Assembly: GCA_037130925.1 (NCBI GenBank)
Contig: JBAXSC010000001.1
Span: forward strand, 26,896-90,895
Reading direction: 5' to 3'
From: Candidatus Nomurabacteria bacterium
Lineage (GTDB): Bacteria > Patescibacteriota > Minisyncoccia > Phycocordibacterales > UBA5272
DNA length: 64,000 bases
Made by a program: the position numbers and the translations under genes. Positions 20,612 to 28,218 of this stretch are shown here, one piece after another. Numbering within the stretch: position 1 is the stretch's first letter; every line of letters starts with the position of its first letter. A model generated the notes under the pieces. That model did not search any database. It was not told the DNA's origin and saw only the letters and a program-made list of their open reading frames with translations.

Positions 20612-21613
20612 ATGGAAAAATACGAACACCCCTTTAGTTGGAAATCTCTTATTCGTATTACTGTTCTAGGAATTGTAGTTTTTCTTTGCTGGAGACTTTT
20701 ATCAGTACTTTCTATTATTATCCTCGCTTATGTTTTAACGGTAGCTTTTTATCCAGTTGTCAAAACAATTCAGAACAAAACAAAAATACCTCTTCTTTTA
20801 TGTATTTTTTTTATTTTAGTCATTCCTTTTATTTTGTTTTTTATTTTAGGATTAATTTTTATTCATCGTATCATTCTAGAGGCACCAGTTTTATTATCTA
20901 GTATTAATTCTGTTATTGTTAATTCCTCAATGATTCCAGATTTTTTGAAAAATTTCAGTCTTATTTCATATATTCAATCTCATCTTGATTATGCTACCGC
21001 TACTGTGAATGTTACGGTTATAGTATTTGACGTGATCACTACTATTATTTTAACTTTTTTCTTAATATACGATTTTGAAAGATTATTTGAGTTGTCTTTA
21101 CATCTTGTTCCTGGTAGAGAAAGAGATAAAATTAAAGATCTGTTAAAAGAAATTACTTTTGTTATAGGTAAATATATTCGTGGCAATTTACTAATTTCAG
21201 TCATTTGTGGAACTATTTTGTTTCTTGGTCTTACTATTTTACATGTGTCTTTTGCTTTACCGTTGGCTATTTTTGCTGCTGTTATAGATTTACTACCATT
21301 GGTAGGGGGAACTATCGGTGCTATCCCTGCGGTCATAATAGGTTTTGGTGTCTCACCCTTAACAGGTATTTTAGTTTTAATTTTACATCTTATATATCAA
21401 CAAGCAGAAAATGCTATTATATCTCCGATGATTTATAATAAAGCGCTAAATCTTTATCCTTCTGTTATATTTTTATCAGTTCTGATCGGGGGAAGTTTGT
21501 TTGGTATTCTTGGAGCTTTTCTTTCTCTTCCGATTGCCGCAAGTATTCCGGTGATAATTGAGTATCATAAGAATTATAAAATAAGAGACAATCAAATCCA
21601 AAAAATGAATTAG
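20612..21613 (+). CDS. AI-2E family transporter (PerM/UPF0118)
   Basis: 8 TM helices with the typical family C-terminal pattern. The ATG at 20612 lies 8 nt after TGCTATACT. Confidence 0.7.
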   Translation: MEKYEHPFSWKSLIRITVLGIVVFLCWRLLSVLSIIILAYVLTVAFYPVVKTIQNKTKIPLLLCIFFILVIPFILFFILGLIFIHRIILEAPVLLSSINSVIVNSSMIPDFLKNFSLISYIQSHLDYATATVNVTVIVFDVITTIILTFFLIYDFERLFELSLHLVPGRERDKIKDLLKEITFVIGKYIRGNLLISVICGTILFLGLTILHVSFALPLAIFAAVIDLLPLVGGTIGAIPAVIIGFGVSPLTGILVLILHLIYQQAENAIISPMIYNKALNLYPSVIFLSVLIGGSLFGILGAFLSLPIAASIPVIIEYHKNYKIRDNQIQKMN

Positions 21614-21699
21614 TTTATTTTGTTTTGGTAAGTGGTATTGTTTTCTTGTTTCTCTTTAATTATGTTTTTTCTAACATTGTTTCATGTTTTGAACAAAGC

Positions 21700-21828
21700 T
21701 TTACAAATATTTATTAATATATTAGTATATATTCAGTCGTATTTGTTATCTTTTATTAAGTCATCTTTGTTTCTTTATGGAATTAGAGATGGCTTAATAA
21801 ATATTTATAACAATTTAAACATTTTACA
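21700..21828 (+). promoter_or_regulatory. Promoter plus structured leader module, copy b
   Basis: TTTACA - 17 nt - TAGTAT. Hairpin 21753-21800 (ttattaagtcatct/agatggcttaataa). Loop ttgtttctttatggaatt. Confidence 0.6.
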
Positions 21829-22245
21829 ATGGAAGAGTTAATTATTCTGTTAGAGAAATTAGGTTTTTCTAAAAAAGAAGATTATCAAGAACCGAAAGGG
21901 GTTGTTGGTGATGATGAAAAAATCATAGGAGAAATGATTGATGTTGAAAAACATCTTTACACCGTTTTAGAGTTTTGTGACAAGAAAGCAGCTGAATTAA
22001 TAACAGAATTATCTGTATTATCAGCCAAAAGTAGAAGCCGCACAACTGAAAAGAAGATGGAAAAGATTTTCGAAACTCTTGAAAATCTAAAATTTACAAG
22101 AAAGGTAGCTAGTCCTCTTTTATGGTTTTCTATAAAAAATAGATTAAAACCACCAAGGACTAAGAGTTTAGCTTTCAGGGGTTTTAAGGTTGTTGAAATG
22201 TCAACTAAAGATTTTATTACTTTTACAATTTCTACTAAGTGGTAA
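21829..22245 (+). CDS. Hypothetical protein (ORFan cassette gene)
   Basis: ATG directly after leader b and terminator directly after the stop. Confidence 0.5.
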   Translation: MEELIILLEKLGFSKKEDYQEPKGVVGDDEKIIGEMIDVEKHLYTVLEFCDKKAAELITELSVLSAKSRSRTTEKKMEKIFETLENLKFTRKVASPLLWFSIKNRLKPPRTKSLAFRGFKVVEMSTKDFITFTISTKW

Positions 22246-22268
22246 TTATAGGTTAAGAGGGAAATAGG

Positions 22269-22300
22269 GCAGGTCGGTCTTAGTATCGGCCTGTTTTTTT
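22269..22300 (+). terminator. Intrinsic terminator with a CUUAGU loop
   Basis: caggtcggt/atcggcctg stem (with G-U pairs), loop cttagt, T7 run. Confidence 0.7.
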
Positions 22301-22308
22301 ATTTATTT

Positions 22309-22455
22309 TTGACAAATACAACTGAATATATTAGTATGTATTCAGTTGTATTTTACGTATTTTAATTGTTGTCTTTATTAAGTTCTCTTAGTTTCTTGAT
22401 AGAAATTGAGAGAACTTAATAAATAATTTTAAATAACAATTAAATTTTACATTAG
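22309..22455 (+). promoter_or_regulatory. Promoter plus structured leader module, copy c (best exemplar)
   Basis: TTGACA - 17 nt - TAGTAT. 12-bp perfect inverted repeat 22317-22328 / 22339-22350 brackets the -10. P1 22362-22370 / 22435-22443. P2 hairpin 22375-22422. Confidence 0.65.
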
Positions 22456-22839
22456 ATGAGAGTTAATATAAGTATTTTTAAAGAAAGTCCTATAAATTAT
22501 ATAGGAGTAATTTATATAACCGGTAAAAAAGTATGTCATTATAAGTTATTGATTAATCTTCCTATTGAAGAAATCAAAGTTATGCTTATACCAAATACTG
22601 AAGAATCTTTATTAAAATTAGCTGTAGACTTATTTCAGTTTACAGTATTAAAAGATAAAGAAGTAATTGTGATAGATGAAGATTTGTTTTTATTTCTTGT
22701 TGGCCTTATAGTCGATAAAGTTATAGAGCTTTTTGATTTTGAAAACAAACTTCCGGTTTCAGGATTGAAAAAAATTTCTTCACTCATGATATTTTCTTTT
22801 GAAGTTGATAAGATTCCAGAATCTTTATTTTTACATTAG
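22456..22839 (+). CDS. Hypothetical protein (ORFan cassette gene)
   Basis: ATG after leader c, followed by a terminator. Confidence 0.5.
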   Translation: MRVNISIFKESPINYIGVIYITGKKVCHYKLLINLPIEEIKVMLIPNTEESLLKLAVDLFQFTVLKDKEVIVIDEDLFLFLVGLIVDKVIELFDFENKLPVSGLKKISSLMIFSFEVDKIPESLFLH

Positions 22840-22868
22840 CATGAACTTATTTTGGTTTAGAAAAAGTG

Positions 22869-22905
22869 GCAGGTTAGTCTTAATTGACTGCCTGCTATTT
22901 TTATT
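22869..22905 (+). terminator. Intrinsic terminator
   Basis: gcaggt(t)agtc/gactgcctgc stem, loop ttaatt, T-rich tail. Confidence 0.65.
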
Positions 22906-22909
22906 TGTA

Positions 22910-22930
22910 TTGACAAATATTTATTAATAT
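22910..22930 (+). repeat. Truncated third copy of the leader-module promoter
   Basis: acaaatatttattaatat is identical to copy b (21703-21720), after which the similarity stops. Confidence 0.5.
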
Positions 22931-23034
22931 TGAAATAGGTGTTCCGAGAAAAGAATCTGAATCTACATCAAAAATGGCCAAGCTTTTAAATATTTAGCTA
23001 GTATGGTTTTTCTGATATAATCATATTATATTTT

Positions 23035-23541
23035 ATGAGTATATTTTTATTGCACCCATTATTAAATATTTTATTTTTTGCTATACCTTTAGCTTTGTTT
23101 GAAATTTATATAGAAAGAGATCATGGTTGGGGAAGTGGCTGGTCAAAAGATAAGTGGTATGCCAAATCTATTCTAAGAGGAAATAAGTTTGGAAATATTA
23201 TTGTTAAATTAACAAAACTTGAACCTCCACTCAATTATCATCTTTTAGTTTCTTATACTTTATTTCCTCTTATTTTTATACTCGAATATATCTATGGTTA
23301 TAGAAATATATTTTTAATTTTAGGAAGCTTGTTTGCTGTATTAATATTTGCAGAATTAACATGGTTTTCTTGTAATTGGTATTTTAAATCTTGGACAGAG
23401 CTAACTAAAGGACCAAAGGGGTCAATTTTTTGGCATAAAGATTGGGTTAAGATTTATAAAGATAGATATCTTCCAGAATCATATTTTATTTGGTTATTTT
23501 TAATGATTATATTTTTATTGCTTGCTTATTTTTTTCATTAA
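23035..23541 (+). CDS. Hypothetical membrane protein
   Basis: 4 hydrophobic helices, Trp-rich. Confidence 0.5.
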   Translation: MSIFLLHPLLNILFFAIPLALFEIYIERDHGWGSGWSKDKWYAKSILRGNKFGNIIVKLTKLEPPLNYHLLVSYTLFPLIFILEYIYGYRNIFLILGSLFAVLIFAELTWFSCNWYFKSWTELTKGPKGSIFWHKDWVKIYKDRYLPESYFIWLFLMIIFLLLAYFFH

Positions 23542-23560
23542 AAATAAATAAATAAATTTT

Positions 23561-24307
23561 ATGGAAAATATGTTTACTGAAAATAGTTTGAATATAATAT
23601 TATCTCCACATTTAGATGATGCTGTTATTTCTTTAGGGGGATTTATTTATAAACATCCAGATAATACCAAAGTCATTACAATTTTCTCAGGAAAACCGAA
23701 AACAAATAAAGTAAGAATCTGGGATTTATGGTGTGGTTTTAAAAATTCATCTCAAGCTTTAAAATCTAGATTGACAGAAAATGATACAGCTCTAACATCT
23801 TTAGGGTTAATTAAAGCAAATATTATTAATCTCGATTTTTTGGATTATCAATATACAAATAAAAAAGAAAGGGAAAGAAATGGAAATATTATGAATGAAA
23901 TTTTATCTGATAAATTATTAGATACCCTAAATAAGGGAAAGTGTAAAAATATTAATTTATTTGCCCCTATAGCAATAAAACACAAAGATCATGAATTTGT
24001 TCATAATTTTTTAAATTATTTTAAGAAAAATAATTTAAATAGTAATTTTAATATACAATTCTTTTTTTATGAAGATTATCCTTATTTTTTTAAATTTAAA
24101 AAGTCTAAAGGATATTTTCAATATTTAAGTCATGAAAAAGAAAATTTTCTTTTAACAAAAAAAGATTTAGAAATTAAAATAAATGCAATTGGAATATATA
24201 AATCACAATTTAAATTTCCATTTACAGTTTTAGCTAGTTTTTTTAGACAGATTAAAAAAGATAAAAAAAATATTTTTGATAAAGAGACGGTTTATAAATT
24301 AATCTAG
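23561..24307 (+). CDS. PIG-L/LmbE family N-acetylglucosaminyl deacetylase
   Basis: ILSPHLDDAVISLGG matches the PIG-L motif (SPHPDDxxxGxGG). Confidence 0.65.
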   Translation: MENMFTENSLNIILSPHLDDAVISLGGFIYKHPDNTKVITIFSGKPKTNKVRIWDLWCGFKNSSQALKSRLTENDTALTSLGLIKANIINLDFLDYQYTNKKERERNGNIMNEILSDKLLDTLNKGKCKNINLFAPIAIKHKDHEFVHNFLNYFKKNNLNSNFNIQFFFYEDYPYFFKFKKSKGYFQYLSHEKENFLLTKKDLEIKINAIGIYKSQFKFPFTVLASFFRQIKKDKKNIFDKETVYKLI

Positions 24308-24919
24308 ATTATTTTTTTCTTTTATATTTCTTATTTCATTATTAATAAAAATCTTATAAGCAATAAATCCTACTAATATTGTGATAATCGATACAGCAAT
24401 AGCTTTGGTTGAAGAGTTCATTAAATCAAATAGATAAATGTATGCCCCACTTGATAGATATCCAAGTAGTACAAAAAATAAAGATTTAAAAACTGTTATT
24501 ATGGAAACATTTTTTATGTATTTTTTTATATCAGGTTTGAAACTTCCTATTGTTATAAGTCCTAGAGGTCCCATAAAAGGGGAGAATTTTACAAAAATTA
24601 ATGATTTTATGGGGTGTTTCTCTGTTAATTCTTTTAAATTTAAAAATTTTTTTAACCTGTTTTCATCTCTTTTAAAGATTTTAATTTTTGTTACAAGAGA
24701 ATTCCCGTATCTTCCTATTAAATAATATACTATGTCGGGCACTATGTCTCCTAATATAGAAATTATTATTACAAAAAATATATTAAAATATCCAATTCTT
24801 GCCAATATCCCGCCGGCAGTACCAATTAAAGATCCTTCTATGCAGCTAAAAATAAAGAAAAATAAATATCCATGGGACATTAAAAAATTGGTTATATTAT
24901 TTAAATTATCAATAGTCAT
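24299..24919 (-). CDS. DedA/VTT-domain membrane protein
   Basis: EGSLIGTAGGILARIGYFN...GDIVPDIVYYLIGRYG pattern. Confidence 0.6.
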   Translation of the reverse strand: MTIDNLNNITNFLMSHGYLFFFIFSCIEGSLIGTAGGILARIGYFNIFFVIIISILGDIVPDIVYYLIGRYGNSLVTKIKIFKRDENRLKKFLNLKELTEKHPIKSLIFVKFSPFMGPLGLITIGSFKPDIKKYIKNVSIITVFKSLFFVLLGYLSSGAYIYLFDLMNSSTKAIAVSIITILVGFIAYKIFINNEIRNIKEKNNLD

Positions 24920-25661
24920 ATTTGTTATTTTTATCTTTTAATCTTATTGCACGTGGAGGTATTATTGTTTTTTTTGTAAAAAGACAATAAACATAATCAA
25001 ATAAATAAAAAATCACAAAATGAAGAAATCCTTTATTCATTCTTCTTCCAGAAGTGTAAACTTCATTATCAAAAAGAAAAACTATTTTCCCTCTTTTCCC
25101 TAACTGTCTTGCTAAAGCTATCTCATCTCCACCAGCATTCATTTTTACATCATATCCTTCCCACTTTGATTTTTTAAATGCGGTGTTGCTTCCATATAAA
25201 GTAACTTTATTAAAAGAGATTTGAAATATTCTTACTGAATATTTAAAAAATACATTAACTATATTTTTCCACTTAGGTCCATCTATAATAATAAAATGTC
25301 CACCAACAGCCACAATCTCATCATCTTCTTTAAATTTTTCTACTATATTTTTGATCCAATTTTTATTATGTGTAGTATCAGCATCAGTTGAAATTATTAT
25401 TTCCCCAAGAGCAATTTCTGTGCCAGCTTGTCTTGCATAGCATACTCCAGGCCTGTCTTCTCTTATTATTTTTATACCTTCATTAATTGCTAGTTCTCTA
25501 GTTTTATCTGTACTTCCATTATCGGCTAAAATAATCTCAACTTTCCCAGTATATGATTGATTTTTGATAGATTTAATACAATTAATTATATTGTTTTCTT
25601 CATTGAAAGCCGGAATAACAACACTTACTAACAGATTATCGAAATTAATCTCCTCAGACAT
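24909..25661 (-). CDS. Glycosyltransferase family 2
   Basis: VSVVIPAFNEE...ILADNGSTDKT and a DAD motif. Confidence 0.8.
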   Translation of the reverse strand: MSEEINFDNLLVSVVIPAFNEENNIINCIKSIKNQSYTGKVEIILADNGSTDKTRELAINEGIKIIREDRPGVCYARQAGTEIALGEIIISTDADTTHNKNWIKNIVEKFKEDDEIVAVGGHFIIIDGPKWKNIVNVFFKYSVRIFQISFNKVTLYGSNTAFKKSKWEGYDVKMNAGGDEIALARQLGKRGKIVFLFDNEVYTSGRRMNKGFLHFVIFYLFDYVYCLFTKKTIIPPRAIRLKDKNNKYDY

Positions 25662-25804
25662 AATTATATTTTATAATAGACAGTATAGCATTTTTAGTAT
25701 AAATAAACATCTTTAATTATCAGTTAATATTTACAGGAGGGTAAGTTGGATTAAGTTATAAATCTTGACCATTTTTTAAATATCTAGTATAGTTAAAAGT
25801 ATTA

Positions 25805-25955
25805 ATGTAGATGCGAATAGCCTACCCTATGTGATAGTGGTGAATCACTTAATAGCTACTCAGTTAACTTATAAGATAAATTAAACTTATATTTTAACTT
25901 TACAACTCTGACCTATTAACTGGCAATATATTTCTGCATCTATTACATTTTTTTA
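25805..25955 (+). ncRNA. Candidate structured RNA in a 400-nt intergenic region
   Basis: Ends pair (atgtagatgc / gcatcta-t-tacat) and are followed by a T7 run. Internal hairpins gtgat-agtggtga-atcac and agttaacttataag/cttatattttaact. Locally GC-richer. Confidence 0.25.
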
Positions 25956-26060
25956 TTCTTAATAATAGAAATAAATAATAATTTTTAATATTCATTCAAT
26001 TTATAATGTTGCGATTTGAGATTAGAGTAATTACAAAAAAAATAAAATCAAATCAAAATT

Positions 26061-26726
26061 ATGAACAAAATTAACTTTTTAAGTAGCAAGATTCTTGCTG
26101 GTGCTGTTTTATCTATTCCATTATTTTTTGGAATAAGTGGTGTCTCAATGGCATTTAATCCTATTACTTCACAGATGGATCTTGGAAGCAAGGGTGATAA
26201 TGTTACAAATTTACAAACTTTTTTTTCTAGCAATTCTTCTATTTATCCAGAAGGTTTAGTTACAGGATATTATGGAGGTTTAACTGTGAATGCTGTAAAC
26301 AGATTTCAATCTGCTTATGGTCTTGATCAGGTTGGACGTGTTGGCCCTTTAACTATTTCTAAGATTAATTCTCTTATAGCAAATGGAGGATGGGGAGATG
26401 TTTTTGCGCCAATGCTTTATTCTCCTACTGTTAACATAGGAAGAAATTCTGCAACTTTTTCTTGGACAACAAATGAGAATTCTGTATCAGAAATATTTTA
26501 CAGTAATACTCCTGTAGTTATCAATGAAGGCGATATTGATTCTAAAGGATTTGGAGTTGTTAGTGGTAATACTGCTTTAAATAATAATATTGCAGGAATT
26601 TCACAACAAGTAACTATTAATGGTTTACAATCTAGCACTACTTACTACTACATGCTAGTTTCAACAGATGTATCAGGAAATGTTAGTGTTGCTTCTGTTA
26701 ATAATACTTTTGTAACGACAAATTAA
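26061..26726 (+). CDS. Secreted protein: peptidoglycan-binding domain plus Fn3-like domain
   Basis: Signal peptide. GDNVTNLQTFF...GYYGGLTVNAVNRFQ (PG_binding_1-like). SATFSWTTNE...TTYYYMLVSTDVSGN (Fn3-like). Confidence 0.55.
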   Translation: MNKINFLSSKILAGAVLSIPLFFGISGVSMAFNPITSQMDLGSKGDNVTNLQTFFSSNSSIYPEGLVTGYYGGLTVNAVNRFQSAYGLDQVGRVGPLTISKINSLIANGGWGDVFAPMLYSPTVNIGRNSATFSWTTNENSVSEIFYSNTPVVINEGDIDSKGFGVVSGNTALNNNIAGISQQVTINGLQSSTTYYYMLVSTDVSGNVSVASVNNTFVTTN

Positions 26727-26753
26727 TTTCTTATCTTTTAGATATTAAAAAAT

Positions 26754-26783
26754 AAAACCAGTATTTTTACTGGTTTTATTTTT
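26754..26783. terminator. Terminator of the aaaaccagt/actggtttt family
   Basis: 9-bp stem plus T run. 33 nt are identical to 31300-31332. Confidence 0.7.
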
Positions 26784-26835
26784 ATTTATATTTAAGAGGG
26801 TGTTATCCTAAATAGTTTTGGTGTATAATTTGATA

Positions 26836-27330
26836 ATGGAAGAAATTGATAAATCAAAACTTGAACAAAAAGAAAAATTACCTATTTCTATAGAGACATT
26901 AAAAACTGATTCCTTAATTGATTTAATTTATAAAGGAAATAAATTGCCAGAAGATAATCGTTTTTTAACTACTGAAGAAGGGGGTGTGTTTAAGTATTTT
27001 GAATTAAAAGATATTCAGAATCATAAAGAGGATAGATTTTTCTCGATAATTAAAGTCGATGAAAAAATAGTAGGATTAAGTGAATTATTAAAAGACCCTT
27101 TTAATAACAGGAATCTTTGGATTCAATTTTTGTCTATTGATCCTAAAGAGCAAGGTAAAGGTTACGCATCTAAACTTGCTAAGGAGATTTTTGATTTTGC
27201 TAAAGAAAAAGGTTATTCATTAGAAGCTTCCCGTTATACAGAACAAGGAATGTTGAAAATGAGATCTGTATTTGAAAAATTATCAGGAGAATATCCGGAA
27301 GTTGTTTTTATTAATAAGGAAAAACTTTAA
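26836..27330 (+). CDS. GNAT-family acetyltransferase-like protein
   Basis: IQFLSIDPKEQGKGYASKLAKEIFDFAKEKGY resembles GNAT motif A. The ATG lies 6 nt after TGTATAAT. Confidence 0.5.
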   Translation: MEEIDKSKLEQKEKLPISIETLKTDSLIDLIYKGNKLPEDNRFLTTEEGGVFKYFELKDIQNHKEDRFFSIIKVDEKIVGLSELLKDPFNNRNLWIQFLSIDPKEQGKGYASKLAKEIFDFAKEKGYSLEASRYTEQGMLKMRSVFEKLSGEYPEVVFINKEKL

Positions 27331-27424
27331 TAATGTATTAGTTATTATTGTTTTAGTTATATATAGTTTTACATTTTTTGTTTGATCTAGACAAGATTGG
27401 ATTATTTTTGTTATCATATTAAAT

Positions 27425-28114
27425 ATGAAATCAGTAGGAATAATTGGTGGTGTGGGTCCAGAAACAACTTCAGAATTTTATTTGAATGTTGTATTTTCTT
27501 GTCAAAAAATAAATCGTACAAACAGACCATCTGTTGTTATTGCTAGTGTGCCTTTACCTTATCAGATAGAAGATGATGCAATTTCTAAAAATATTGGAAT
27601 AGAAAGATGTTTACCATTTTTAATTCAAGAAGCTCAAAGATTAGAAAAGTCTGGAGTAGATTTTCTTGTTATGCCTTGCAATTCTCTGCATATATTTATT
27701 GAAGATATTAGAAAGTCTGTCGAGATACCGGTTTTGAGTATTGTAGAAGAAACTGTAAAATTTTTACAAAAAAATAATTTTAATACAGTTGGTATTTTAT
27801 CAACATCAGCAACGATTCAGAATAAATTGTATGAAAATGCATTTCAAAAAAATAATATAGGTTACGAAACCCCGGATGATTTCCAGCAGGCAAAAATGGG
27901 TAAAATTATTTTAAATCTCGTCACAGGTCAACAAAACAATAAAGATAGGGAAGGGTTTATTGATATAGTAAATGAATTTGAAAATAAAAATGTTGATTGT
28001 GTTGTTTTGGCTTGTACAGATCTACAATTACTTATACCAAATCATCCAAATTTAAAAATATTTGATACTATGAATATTTTAGCCGAATCTGCTGTAAATT
28101 ATATAGTCAGTTAA
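27425..28114 (+). CDS. Aspartate/glutamate racemase family protein
   Basis: IGIIGGVGPETTSEFY, catalytic Cys motifs MPCNSLH and LACTDL. Confidence 0.8.
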   Translation: MKSVGIIGGVGPETTSEFYLNVVFSCQKINRTNRPSVVIASVPLPYQIEDDAISKNIGIERCLPFLIQEAQRLEKSGVDFLVMPCNSLHIFIEDIRKSVEIPVLSIVEETVKFLQKNNFNTVGILSTSATIQNKLYENAFQKNNIGYETPDDFQQAKMGKIILNLVTGQQNNKDREGFIDIVNEFENKNVDCVVLACTDLQLLIPNHPNLKIFDTMNILAESAVNYIVS

Positions 28115-28218
28115 TTTTTATACTTTTCCTAAATTATATTTTTCTGAATATTTTTTCGTTATCATTCAAAGTTTTTTTATCCTTGCATAGTTTCCAGATA
28201 AGTATATGATGAATATAT

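Noticed and set aside
21632-21841. 69-aa ORF upstream of 21829
   Set aside because: It overlaps the promoter and hairpin of leader copy b, starts with GTG and is not conserved in the other leader copies.
19712-22930. Repeated hairpin-containing units as a CRISPR array or integron attC sites
   Set aside because: The units are 400-650 nt apart and contain ORFs, so they are not a repeat-spacer array. The hairpins sit between promoter and ATG, on the 5' side of each ORF, and lack R''/R' core sites (RYYYAAC/GTTRRRY). No cas or integrase gene is present.
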